Below are positions 37,177 through 49,500 of a stretch of DNA of 64,000 bases, piece after piece. The stretch is from positions 44,330,001 through 44,394,000 of the forward strand of contig NC_045704.1 of the NCBI RefSeq assembly GCF_009834535.1. The letters are read 5' to 3'. How positions within the stretch are numbered: the first letter of the stretch is position 1; the number at the start of each line of letters is the position of its first letter. A program made the translations under genes and the position numbers. The notes beneath the pieces were generated by a model, which worked only from the letters and a program-made list of their open reading frames with translations, searched no databases and was not told the DNA's origin. This DNA is from Camelus ferus. Taxonomy: Eukaryota.

Positions 37177-40100
37177 CTAGGGCCACAGGATGAGGACTGA
37201 GAAGGTGGCAGCAGCTACCAGGCCTAGGATGAAGTGTGGGGAGGCTTTGGAGGGCCTTTGGAGGGCTTGATTGGCCGGCCACTTGTTCATCTCTGGGTGT
37301 GAGACCAGGTGTTCACTCTGAGGCTGAGTCGGGAGGTGGGAGTGGCAGGACCTGCCCATCTGCCTGTTGGGAAATTCATCCTCCCGAGGGCTCTGGCCAC
37401 TGCTTTCCTCTCTCACCTGGGGGTGGAAGTCAGCAGTTGGTGGCTTCCACAGCACCCATACCCCTCACCTGCTCAAACCTCTGATCCATCCTTTTGCCCA
37501 GCCCAGCATACCTGTTCCACTTGTCTGAAGACCCGCAGCAGATTTCCACGAAGGACACCCTGAAGCTCTTCTTCCCTCCAGCCTCGTCTCAGCAACTCCT
37601 CTATCAGTACCGGGTATGTGGATACGTCCTCCAGCCCCTGAGGGAACCTGTGTGGCTGTCAGCTGGCTAGCTGTGGAACCTCTGCCTCAGTCGTGGCCTA
37701 GGTCCCACTGTAGCATCAGCCCCAACCACATATGGGAAATTAAGGGCCATGTTCTTCAGGCTACTGAATGCAGCTTTGGAAGCTCCTTGCAGACTGGAAC
37801 TCTGCAGCAACTACCTGCTGAGCAGATGCTCTGCCCACAGCAGATCTACTGGGCTGGGAGTGGAACATGTGCTGGGCGGACAAGCTCTCATGGAAGAGGG
37901 TTGGTTACTTAACAACTGTTATGACCTGGAGTGGGAATGGGTGTGCACGGGGCCACAGGAGGGACAGGGAGAGTCTGGGAAACAGGCCCTGTGAGTGGGG
38001 AGATGTCAGGTGGGTTGAAAGACCAGACCTTGTGGTGGAGGCGGGAAGAATGGGAGGATCATGGGATGGGGAACTGAGACGAAAGGATTCCCCACTGTAC
38101 CCTGGCCCAAGACAAACCCCAGGGAAACACTTACCGGCCAGATCCATCATAATTTCCACTAATCCCGATGAACTCAGATCCAATGACTGCCCTGATGTGG
38201 TCAAAGTGATCTAGGGGGTGAGGGTTAGTGGTGGGCAGCACAAGGCTGGAGTTAGACCCTGGGACCAGCCCTGCTCTGGGGAAGCTCAGCCTGGCCAATT
38301 CCCTTGCCCACAGCACTCCAGGACATAGCAGCCAACTCCACAGAACTCCTGGCCTGTTGTGAGTTCTGGAGTGAACAAGGCTAGACACTGGACCTAGAGT
38401 GAAACTCAGAGACACCCACTCCTTTGGCCCTTTTCCTGCCCAGAAGCCACCCTTCCTCTGGGTTCCTTAAGAGCCTGGCCAGCGCTCTGCCTGTCCTAGT
38501 CCAGAGATGTGGGAGCAAAAGTGAGACTCAGAGGCACAGGCTGTTGCTGCCCCCAAATGCATCAGCACTGATTGTGGCCCCAGATCTAGGTAGCAGTGAA
38601 GAGCTGTATCTGCTCCCCTGGGCTGTTGGAAGGCCTGCCCAGAGCCCAGCAGGTGTGCTAGATGGCTTGAGCTGTCCTGAGGGTCCCAGCAGTCACAGGC
38701 CAAGCTAGAACTGCCCAAGGGGTTGAAGTGGGGCTCACCTGCCACAGTGGACACGTCAGCAAACAGGTTACACTGCAGCACCCCCAAGGACAGCGACACC
38801 ATCACAATGCCACCGTTATTCTTCTACAAGGATAAATGAATGGACACTCAGCTTGGCCTTACTGGCCTGATGGCCTGCCACCTATGCCCTGGGGGCCCTC
38901 GTAGGACAAGTGCTCAGTCTTCGCTTCAGGGATTGGGAAAGGCTTCACCTCTGTGGGTCCTTGGGTGGAAATTTTGGCCTTGAGTTTCAGGGATGGGGGA
39001 GGGTTAACCAGCCTTGGGTCCAGGGGTAAGTGAGGCCTGGGTGGGTAGCTTTGTTCAGGGTCAAGGAACTTTGGATGAAGCATGCCCAGCCCTGGGTTTG
39101 AGGGCTAGGATGGCTGCTCACCAGGAGTTGCAGGATGTCATCAGGAACATTCAGCATATTGTCACATACAGCCCTGGCAGCTGAGTGGGAGAAGATCACA
39201 GGAGCCCTTGACACCTTCAGGGCTTGCCGCATCAAGGTGTCCGACCCATAGGACAAGTCCACCATCATGCCCAGGCGGTTCATTTCCCCTATTACCTTCT
39301 GCAGGGACAGTTTTTTTTTTTTTTTGAGGGGGCAGGGATCAGGAGGGATGCAGGAATGTGTGCATATCTGTAGGGAATGGGTGGGGTAGGGTATGGAACA
39401 GGAGTCATTACCTCACCAAAGCTTGTCAATCCACTGATGTTGGTGTAGAAGTGGTGTTTAAACTTGGTGGAACTCTCTGCCCTGCAGGACAGCCAGAGGA
39501 TGGCAATCTAGCAGGCTACACCTTGGCCAACAAAGCCTGGATATCCAGGCTCTTTGTCCATCCATCCCACCTCCAGAACAGGGGGAGGATCCAGACCAGC
39601 TGCTTTCTGGAAGTGTGTGGGACCCGCTGGGAGTCCAAGCTTCCTTCTGTGGACCTGTCTCTCCTCACCAATTTGGCAGTTTCCCCACCATGCTGTCTAC
39701 CATTCCACCCTGGCCAGGCACTCTGCTCACCAGGGCGTGCTGCAGGTGAAGGTGAGTGTCAGGTAGCGTACTCCCAGCAGATAGAAACTGCGTAGCACAG
39801 AGAGACTGCTGTCTATTGAGTGACCACCCTCCACGCCAATAAGGCACGCCAGCTTTTGAGTACTGTTCAGACCTAACAAGAGGGTGGAGAATTGAGTGGT
39901 CAGACCTCAGGGCCAGAACCATTGGAGTGAGTCCCTGACTACCCTCCTGTTCCCCAGCTCACCTGTGGCTGAGGTCACAAGCTCCAGTTCAGAGTAGGAG
40001 GCACACATGCGATGAATGAGGTCAATCTGCTCCAGAGTGAGGCGCACAGCATCCTCGTCCTGGCATGGGGTGTAGGCTGACCAGAACTAGGGGTTGGCCC

Positions 40101-41250
40101 AGGGTTCCAGAATGAGATCAGGGTGGTCTCCATTGCCCTTGGCCTGCCACTCCTCCTCACCCACCAAGGTATTCATTTGGGTCAGTGGCCTCGACTGAGG
40201 CACTACGTGACCCAAGGTACTCTGATGACTATTCATCTTGCTACCAGAGGCCCAACTAGAATCGTGACACATCATTGCCTGCTGTTGGTCCATGTGCTGT
40301 GTGAGTGCCCAAGGCCAATCCACCATATCCTTTGTGGTTCCAGCAGCCTCCACACTCACCAGGGATTTTCTGATCACTTTCTGTGTGTCTCCACAGAACC
40401 TGGACACCCATGCAGCTGGCCTGTCTTGATCTCCAACACTCCCCATCCCCCAGCAGCCACAGGATGGCACATTGCCTCCTATCATAGTCACCCATGGCTC
40501 ATGCACCCAGGTTCCTGTGCCCCCCCCACCTTCCTCAGGGGTCATTATGTGTCCCTGCAGTACCTGTGCACCCACGAGGCCATCCCTAAGCCTGTCCAGG
40601 TTGGTCTGGCCAAGACTGAAATTGCGTAGGTTGACATTTTGCAGCTTGTTCTGGAGAATCTCCTTTAGAAGCATGGGCAGGTGATTGTGGCTGAGGGTAT
40701 CAAGACAAAGTTAGAGAGGGGATATGGCCTCCAGGTCAGGCAGGACATGTCAGCATGCCTGGGCGTCGTGTCCTTTCCCAACCCACCTCCCCACCTCATA
40801 CAGATGATGGTCCTGAGGCGCAGTTTTTAGGTCGGGGGTTCCACCAGCAACAGGGAAATGGCAGGAAAGGAAGAGAGAGGAGTGGTGGTGAGGGGGCCTT
40901 CTCACTAGCCATTCACACTCAGGACCTCCTTCCATGCCCAGGGGCAAATTCAGCCCCACCAGCCGGCACACTGCACCTACGCACCCATCCACCAGCCGGA
41001 AGACCCGCATCAGGGCCAGAGTGCGCTCCCGCAGACTCGGGGCTCTGGGGGTGCCTGGAGCTGTCGGCGCGCTGGAGGTGACGGGCCTGGTGGAGGCGCT
41101 AGGGGTTTCCAACATGGTCGGGGTGCTGGGGGCACCCGGCGTGGTCTGGACTTGGGTTACCGGCCGCAGCAGCAGACACAGCAGGAGCAGCAGACACAGG
41201 AGAGGCCACCGGCCGAGCGCGTAGGGACCATCAAGGCCTATGGTCCGCAT
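37177..41250 (-). CDS. DPEP3: Dipeptidase 3 (GPI-anchored, catalytically degenerate), 10 exons, 480 aa
   Basis: Exons 40985-41250, 40564-40690, 39963-40086, 39731-39872, 39412-39481, 39122-39298, 38739-38823, 38135-38210, 37512-37647, 37177-37416; 1443 nt, open frame. DPEP3-diagnostic LTFTC, DLSYG and GNYDG where active dipeptidases have His, His and Asp. Signal peptide, Thr/Pro stalk and hydrophobic GPI tail present; position fits synteny. Confidence 0.95.
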
Positions 41251-41620
41251 GCTGCGCGGGGCTAGGGAGGCGGGCAGATGCCAGTCTCCAGTGCCTGAGA
41301 GAGGCAGGCCAGGGATAGAGGGAGACGATGGGGTCCCGACCGTCGATGTAGGTGCCCCAGCAGTGAGGCCTCGTGAGGAGAGGGCTGGAGTCAGGACGCT
41401 CCACAGACGCACGGGAATCCGCAATGCCGCCGCACAGCACGGCCGCCAGGGGGACGGTAGGCCCGTCCCGCACCAACTAGGAGGGCGTCCCAGCAGGCCA
41501 AGCCGGCCTCTGCGCGAGCGCCCACTAGCGACGCATCGCGGGCCCTCCGCCCCTGCTTCCGGCCCTGCATCCATCCTCTGCGAGCTCCGTGGTCCTACTG
41601 ATTCCCGGAGGAGGTCAGCG
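41000..41620. promoter_or_regulatory. CpG island at DPEP3 exon 1/promoter
   Basis: CpG-dense stretch spanning the ATG at 41250. Confidence 0.75.
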
Positions 41621-43769
41621 CGGGGAATGAGACCGGTCCAGGAATCTTCCTAATTTCACCTCTAACCAGACAGATCGCAGGTCCACGTGGGGTTTTAGTT
41701 GCAGGGATGTTCCCCGCCCTCCAACTGGTTAAATATTCCATGAATTCTAGAAAGAAGAATTAGAATTCAGAAGAGTGAATTAGATCTGTATGTTTTGACT
41801 GACAAAAAAAGATTCCCTATGTATTTTTAATAGAAATGAAATTCAAGAAGAATATTTTTGGGACACCATTTTGTTTCAGCACTCTGTGGTTAATTTATAA
41901 CTCATCTTTTTCTGTAATATAGTCATCTTTGGCTGAGGGAAGTCAAAGGCTGTACTGGCAAGGGCTGGCCAAGGTGGTAAGAGATTTGTGGAGGCATCAG
42001 ACCAGCAGCTGAGCCTTGAAAGGATGGGGCTTGTGTCTGGCACAGGAGTGGAAAGGGCATCCTAGGTTGGCCAATAGCCCAGGCAAAGGTCTGGTCTGAG
42101 CCAGATGACTGTGCTGTAGTGGAGGAGCTAGAAGACCTTCCAAGGCAGTGAGTAGGAAGACAAGGTGTGGTTAGGCCCCTTGGTGCTAGTAGCATGAGAG
42201 CTTAGTCTGACACATGACTACCTGGGGCAGAAATCCTCCTTCAAGACAAGGTGGTTTCCAGGCTGGTCAGTGGCCTGGACAGTAAAATTAATTTTTTTCT
42301 GCAGAAAAAGTCATGGTTTAGGTTTAGGCTGATCTCAGAACTGCATTTGGGTGGCATCTGAGCCTTCTGGATGTGCATCAGGTTCTACTAGGCTGAGAGA
42401 GGCCCACAGCACGGACCAAAATCTAATCTGAATTGTGCCCTGGTTGGTACCTGCATCTATCTCCTGTTCTCCCTCTGGGGCTGCCTGATAAGTAGGCCTC
42501 CCCTCTGGGTGCCCGAAGGGCCTTAGTCTCTGGTGACCACTGCCCCCTGTCCATTACTGCCCCTTTCTCATGCCTGGGGTTAAGGACCAAGTCTGACTCA
42601 GCTGCCTCCAGCTTGCCTTCCTCAGCTCAGGAAGGACAGAGAGAGAGAGAGAGATGGAGGGAGGGAGAGAATATCTTTATATTCTGGTTTTTCATACATC
42701 TGAGCCAACCTGCCATGGAGGTCTTCATTTAAGTGAGGTTAAGCAACATAATGAATGATAACTTTGCTAATAGTTTATCAAAAGTGCAGAAGAATTTCAC
42801 ATACAGCTGTTCCCTATTTTAGTCTTAAGTGAAAGGGTGAAAGGAGAGGTCATAATGTTTATAGTTAATTTTTAAATATTATCAAATTAATGCATAAACA
42901 GTTTCAAATGTCTGGTTTTGGTTGACTAAGTAAATCAAAGTTATATCCCTCCTGACAATAACTAGTCAACCAACTTTGAAAAGTTGGGTAAAATATAAAA
43001 TGGATCTTCTTAAAGGCATCAGGGAGTTAACAAGGTATTGAAAAATGACTTGTCTAGGATCCAGGGAGGGTGGAAATCCAGAGGTGGGCCCAGCCTTTGG
43101 GTGGTTTCTTCCACTAGGGAGGAATACAGATTAGCATCCAGGGTCCACCAGGGTTAAGGGAGAACCCTGAGGAGTTAGAACACAAAAGAACCCACCCTAG
43201 GGGAAAGAGTGATTCAGGCTTCAGCAATCCTGGTTACTCAAGCAATTGTCTTTCAACTTCAGATCCAGCCTTCAGTTATTCTCTACACTGTGAGGCTGGG
43301 GACTGAACTCTTGAAACCATATTTCCGAGCTGCCCAGCTGGCTTCCTATTACATTCTGCCAATAGGAGTCACTGGAGAAAAGGAAATGGAAAGGCAGGAG
43401 AAGAAAAGAGGAAAGTCTCTCCAGTTTTTCCTGTTCCTTTCAGTGCTGCTCCAGCAGTGGCAGTTGGCTGTGACCTCCAACCTCTTCTGACCATCATAGA
43501 GCAGCCCCGCCATGCCCACGCAGAACCGCTGTCCGCCAGAGCAGAGCCCCGAATTCAGAGGCCTGAGGCCCAGCAACACAGGGCCCTTCTCTCAGCTGTC
43601 TTTTGGTAACCTCCGCCTCTTCCCATTTCCCGTAAATGGACTCTGAGCTGGATCAGCTCGGCTTGGAAGGATCTGAAATGGGATTCAGGTGATCTTAGAG
43701 CACTACTCAATCAATCCAAAAGGAGTCAAGAAAGGAGAGAACAGGTGAAATGAACGGAACACATTTTTT

Positions 43770-44190
43770 TAAATTGAAGTTTAGTCAGTTTATAGTATGT
43801 TACTTTCTGGGGTACAGCATAGTGATTCAGATATGTATATATATAGATATTCCTTTTTGTATTCTCTGTCATTATAGGCTATTACAGGGTATTGAATATA
43901 GTACCCTGTGCTATACAGTAGGACCTTGTCTGTTTATTTTATATATAGTAGTTAGTATCTACAAATCCTGAGGTACCACTTTTTCCCTCCACACCCCACC
44001 TTTTCCCCCATGGTAACCATAAGTTTTTTTTCTATGCTTGTGAGTCTGTTTCTGTTTTGTAAATAAATTCACTTGTGTCATTTTTTTAGATTCCACAAGT
44101 AAGTGATATCATATGTTATTTTTCTTTCTTTTTCTGACTTACTTCACTTTGTATAACAATCTCCAGGTCCATTCATGTTGTTGCAGAAAG
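43770..44190 (-). mobile_element. Younger (artiodactyl-type) L1 3' end
   Basis: gtacagcatagtgattcag...ggtaaccataag...gtgagtctgtttctgttttgtaaataa; near-identical text recurs at 44310-44680 and 55015-55960. Confidence 0.85.
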
Positions 44191-44309
44191 CATTTCTGAG
44201 TAATGATGCAGAGACCAGCCAACTTGGACCCTGAGGCAAGAGGAAAAATGGGTACTCCTACACACATATTTTTACTATATTATAGTATTTAATTGTCTAG
44301 TTTTTTTTA

Positions 44310-44680
44310 TTGTAGTATAGTCAGTTTACAGTGTTGTATCAATTTCTGGTGTACAGCATAATGTTTCAGTCATACATATATATACATATATTTATTTTCA
44401 TATTCTTTTTCATTATAGGTTACTACAAGATATTAAATATAGTTCCCTTAGCTATGCAGAAGAAACTTGTTTTTTATATACAGTAGTTAGTATCTGCAAA
44501 TCTCAAACTCGTAATTTATCCTTTCCCACCCTCTTTCCTTTCTGGTAACCATAAGTTTGTTTTCCATGTCTGTGAGTCTGTTTCTGTTTTGTAAATAAGT
44601 TAACTTATGTCTTTTCCTTTTTTTTTTTAGATTCCTCATGTGAGTGATATCATATGGTATTTTTCTTTCTCTCTTACACA
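44310..44680 (-). mobile_element. Second L1 3' end of the same family
   Basis: Same motifs as 43770-44190. Confidence 0.85.
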
Positions 44681-44699
44681 CATTTTAATGTATTATTTA

Positions 44700-45300
44700 A
44701 TGGTTAATTTTTCCAGAACGTTAAAATAGTTGAAAAATATTAAAGAACCAAAAAGTATGTGTATTAAAACTCACAATGTTATTTTATATTTCTATATTTT
44801 ATTTATACTCAAACCAGAATTATAATTTTACTTTCCTGGGTTTAATGAAAGCACACTCATGAATAATATTTTTAAAACCTCTTTGCTTAGCTCATTTTCT
44901 ATTGAGAGGGTACATGTTTGACAATTTCTCTTGACTAACTGACAATCTCAAATACAAATACTTTTAAAATAACTACAGCTTACCGAGACTTCTTAATTAC
45001 AGGATGCTACTGTGACTAGCATAGTTAAAATTTTTTTCAAGGCTGGCTATTGCCAAATTTGGATAAGATTCCACTAAGCAAAATTTGTGAATCAATTTTA
45101 AAAGATCCAAACACAATGCTGATTTTCTATTACAAAGCATCAGTATTGCAGGTTCCTTAAAACTGTCTGTTGGAACTTCTACAGAACTTAAAATTTCAGA
45201 ATTTATTAGCACCAAATCAATGTCTGCTTTTGACAAATCAGATGTATTCATAGAACATAACTTTTCTGCAGTTAAAAATTCAAAATCTGAAGACCCTGTT
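44700..45300 (-). mobile_element. Fossil hAT DNA transposon (Tip100/Zaphod-like), transposase C-terminal dimerisation region
   Basis: Minus-strand translation across frameshifts gives YPNLAIA..ILTMLVTVASC..SQEKLSNM..LSIENEL..AFIKPRKVKL*, matching the hAT dimerisation pattern YPN...L..PVT.AS.ERSFS.L...R...Q.RL..L..LSIE. Confidence 0.65.
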
Positions 45301-46452
45301 TAAATTTTTATACTTCCATTTCAAATGTGAAAATAGGGCATCTCTAGTCTCCTTAATTTCTTTTTGATATGCACTTTCCCATAACAATTGATATTCCCAT
45401 TAGGTGGTTTATATATTTCCAGTTTCTCTCTCTACTTTTGTTGGTCTGAAAATGTATTTACTTTCCTTCATTTTTGAAGAATATTTTCACTGTCCACAGA
45501 CTTCAACATTGGTAGTTACTTTCATTCATCAGGTTAAAGGTATTCCACTGTGTGTGGATTTCCATTATTTCTGTTGAAAATTCAGTTGTCAGTTTTATTG
45601 TTGTTCCTCGTTAATATGATTTGTTTTAATATGGCAGCTTTTAAGGTAATCTTTCATCTTTGGCTCCTTGAAGTTTGACTTTGAAGTGCATTTGCATTAT
45701 TATGAATAGGGCTGCTATAAATATTATTTCATATGCCTTTTGGGAACATATTATGCATTCCTCTTGGATTTATACCTGAGGTGAAATTGCTCAGTCATGG
45801 AATATGTGTAGATTATCAGTATTAACTATTATTTTTATTAGTCATTATCTATTATTATCATGTTATGTATTATTAGCTCTCATTATTAATGCAATGTACT
45901 AACCCTTAATGTATTAACTCTTAATTCTGGCTATTCAGTTGCTATTATCATTAATGGACTGGGAGCAGGATGGGGTAGTTCTCAGAAAGGAAGTGGCTAA
46001 GGAGCAGAGAAGGAGCTGGGCCCACATCTGGAGCAGTCCAGCCATTGGAGATCCATGGCCCATTAAGGAGGCTGACATTCTGGGCTCTGTCCTAATAGGA
46101 ACAAAGATCATATGTGATCCAGGCAGGTTCTCTTCTTGGGAATCTGAACCAGAATTCCCTGAAAGATCCCCAGGTGGTGGTCAGTGGGTCAGGATGTGGA
46201 TTGAAGTTAGTTACTCAGAGGGATCCAAGTAAGGTCCACCCTCACGCAGCCAGAGCCACCCATTGTGGCTCTGTCCTCTTCCAGGCAGAGCCCAAACACC
46301 TGAGTTTCCTCAGACCACTGCCAGCAGCTCTTCCTTGAGTATCTGGTGGTTGAACTGCAGGATCCCCCACCAAACATCACCAGTATTGGGAGCCTGCATC
46401 ACCAGACCCCACCACAGAGAAGGACACTCATGCTGATTCCATGTGTGAAACA

Positions 46453-46458
46453 TTTATT
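46453..46458 (-). terminator. DPEP2 polyA signal AATAAA
   Basis: tttatt about 86 nt after the stop. Confidence 0.75.
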
Positions 46459-46543
46459 TTCAGGAAATGTTTGTGCTTGCATGCGAGGGAACTTTGTGGG
46501 TTGTCTGCAGCTGCCAAAATGACATCTGACAAGATTAACTGGA

Positions 46544-49500
46544 TCACCAGAGCCACAGAATGAGGACTGGGAAGGCAGCAATAACTTTGAGGCCTGGGGC
46601 CATGTAGGGGTGGAATTTTGAGAATGACCACTTAGGTGACAAAATGAGTTTCCCATGCACTGGAGTCTCGGTTAGTTTCTGGTCTGGAGCCAGATTCTGT
46701 CTTTGATGAGGATGTGGGAGGATGGAGCGGCAAGAGCTGCCCAGCTGCTCATCCGGGAACTCGTCCTCCAAGGGACTCTGCCCCTTGTTTTCCTCCCGTA
46801 CCTGGAAGCGGCAGTCAGTGGGCAGCAGCTCCCACAGCTCCCCCAACCATCCACCTGCTCAGACCCCTGAGCTCCTCTTTTGCCCAGCCCAGCATACCTG
46901 TTCCACCTGTCTGAAGACTCGCAGCAGGTTTCCTCGAAGGACACCCTGAAGCTCTTCCTCACTCCAGCCACGACTCAGCAACTCCTCTATCAGTACTGGG
47001 TATGTGGACACGTCCTCCAGCCCCTGAGGGAACCTGTGTGGCCGCCAGCCAGCCAGCTGTTGGGCCTCAGCCCTGTTCCCTGGTCCTGAGTCAGAACCTC
47101 AGCCCTATGCATCCAGGGTCCACTGAACCCCACCCCTGGTCAGATATGGGAAATGGAGACTTGGAGAGAGTAAATGATTCACCCCTGCTCTTCATCCATC
47201 AGAAGGAGGCTGCAAAAGCTCCTTGAATATTCATCAGAACTCACTGAATTGTACTAAGATCTATGCCTTTTACTGAATGCAAGAATTTCCTCTATTTACA
47301 AATAGAAGAAAACCTTTTTAAGAACTAGGTTGATCCCCTGCACACACAGACCCAGCTGCAGGCAGAGAAGACAGTCAGTCCACACCATACCTTGCTAAAA
47401 GTCTGCTCCAGGGCCTTGGGCCTGCCAGCACTGAATGGGTGCAGATGCTGGGCAGATGAGCTCTGTCTGGTGGTTTGACCAAATGTGATGACCTTGAGTA
47501 GGTCCAGTGGGCTATACATAGACAGGAAAGCCCAGGAAACAGACCCTGGGAGAGGAGAGATGCCAGCTGGGCCAGCAGACCTGAGGCTGTGGTCAAGGCC
47601 ATAAAGACCACAGTGTGGTGGGCCTGGTGGCTGTGAAAGCCCCCCTGCTGCACAGTCAGCCCACGTCAAGCCACAGGGAAGCACTTACCGGCCAGCTCCA
47701 TCATAATCTCCACCAATCCCAATAAACTTGGATCCAATGACTGCCCTGATGTGGTCGAAATGATCTGAAGGATGGAGAGTCAGTGGTGTGGGGCTTCCTG
47801 GACAGGGGTGGGAGTGGGGACTGGACTCTGTTACAGATTCCCCTTCTTGCAGCCTGTATGCCACACAGGCCAGTTCCTTCATGGCCTGGCACCCAGGATA
47901 CCAACTTGACAGCTCTGAGGGTTGATCTGAAGTGGTTCATGGCCTGGCACCCAGGATACCAACTTGACAGCTCTGAGGGTTGATCTGAAGTGGTTCATGG
48001 CCTGGCACCCAGGATACCAACTTGACAGCTCTGAGGGTTGATCTGAAGTGGTTCCTACTGGACTTCAGATCTGGAGTGGACCCCAGAGCCACCCATTTGG
48101 GCCATTTCCCATCCAAGGTTCACTCTGCTTCACAGTCTCCTTGAGAAACTGTGGGTGCTCCTTTCCATGGGTGTGGAGGATGAACGAGGGACAAGAGTAC
48201 AACCGACAAAGATTGTCAGAGACTTAAGGAGCTGTCCAATTCACTGGCCAGAGGCAGGGGCAAGGCACTTTCAGAGTCCCTGAAGAGGCGCAGATGGTTG
48301 GCACTTGGGCTCTGTGCCTGATTGCCTCACTTATGTGTATCAATATCACAGTTTCAATGCTGTGTCTCTAGTTCCACATGGCACCAAGATGCTGTTTACT
48401 CTCCATTACTGGGTTTTGGAAGGAGCTGAGCCTATTGCCAACAGGTGGATCAAACCACTGGGGCTGTTGTGAGGTTGTCCCCAATTTTGGACCCAGATTC
48501 ACATCTAAATCAGAGCTTCAGAGAGCCCAAGGTGAGGCTTACCTGCCACAGTAGACACGTTGGCTAACAGGTTGCACTGCAGCACCCCCACTGACAAGGA
48601 CACCATCACAATGCCACCATTCTTCTTCTGCCAGGTGGACAAATGGACACTCAGCTTCGCCCTCCAGCACTACTGCCTGCCTGTTCACTCTCTCGGCTCC
48701 TATGAGGACGGTGTTCAGCCCTGGCTTTGAGGTCAGAAGAGACTTCTCTCTGGGTTTGTGTGAATGGAGGAGTCTCAGCCCTGGTCTGCGTGGTGTTTTG
48801 GCTCTGGGTTTGTGGGTTTGGAGGAATATTTACCACCTAGAATCCCACCTAGGGTTTAAGAGTTCAGGGGCTGTGGGCTGTGGGTTTGTGGGGCAGAAGA
48901 TGCTCCACCTGGGGTTTGGGGAAGTTGAGGGAACAGGAACTCAGGTTCAAGGGCTCCTAGCTTGAACCTCTTGCTTTAGGTTTCACGGCCAGGGTAGTCT
49001 CTCACCAGAAGCTGCAGGATATCATCAGGAACATTCCGAGTGTCCCTGCACACGCCCCGGGCAGCTGAGTGGGAGAAGATCACGGGTGCCTGTGACACTT
49101 CTAGGGCTCGCTGTGCCACGGCGTCTGAGACATGGGACAAGTCTACCATCATTCCCAGACGGTTCATTTCTGCCACCACCTTCTGCAGGGGCAGGTTGGG
49201 GAGACAGCATCAGGGCTGCATTTATCTTGTGTGCATTTATCTTGTGTGCATTTATCTGTAGGGAACTGATTGGGCACATACATTCATGTGGGGCAGGGTA
49301 TGGAACCAGGGTCCTTACCTCACCAAAGCTGGTCAGCCCGCTCACATTGTTGTAGAAGGGGTGGATACCCTTAGCCGAGCTCTCTGCCCTGTTGGATGGC
49401 CAGGAGGCAATCTGACTGGTGGCATGACTTGGCCATAAAAGCCTAGCTAGAAGCCCTACTGGACCTTCTACACCTGCAACTCCCTGGTGTGAGAGCAGGG

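Noticed and set aside
41251-41574. In-frame upstream ATG extending DPEP3 by 108 aa (and 51177 extending DPEP2 by 62 aa)
   Set aside because: Both lie in CpG islands where open frames arise by chance and would bury the signal peptide. For DPEP2 a good acceptor at about 51023 suggests the upstream ATG is intronic. Transcript data would be needed.
47881-48054. Triple 58-bp repeat as a CRISPR-like array
   Set aside because: The units are directly adjacent with no spacers, in a mammalian intron. It is a minisatellite.
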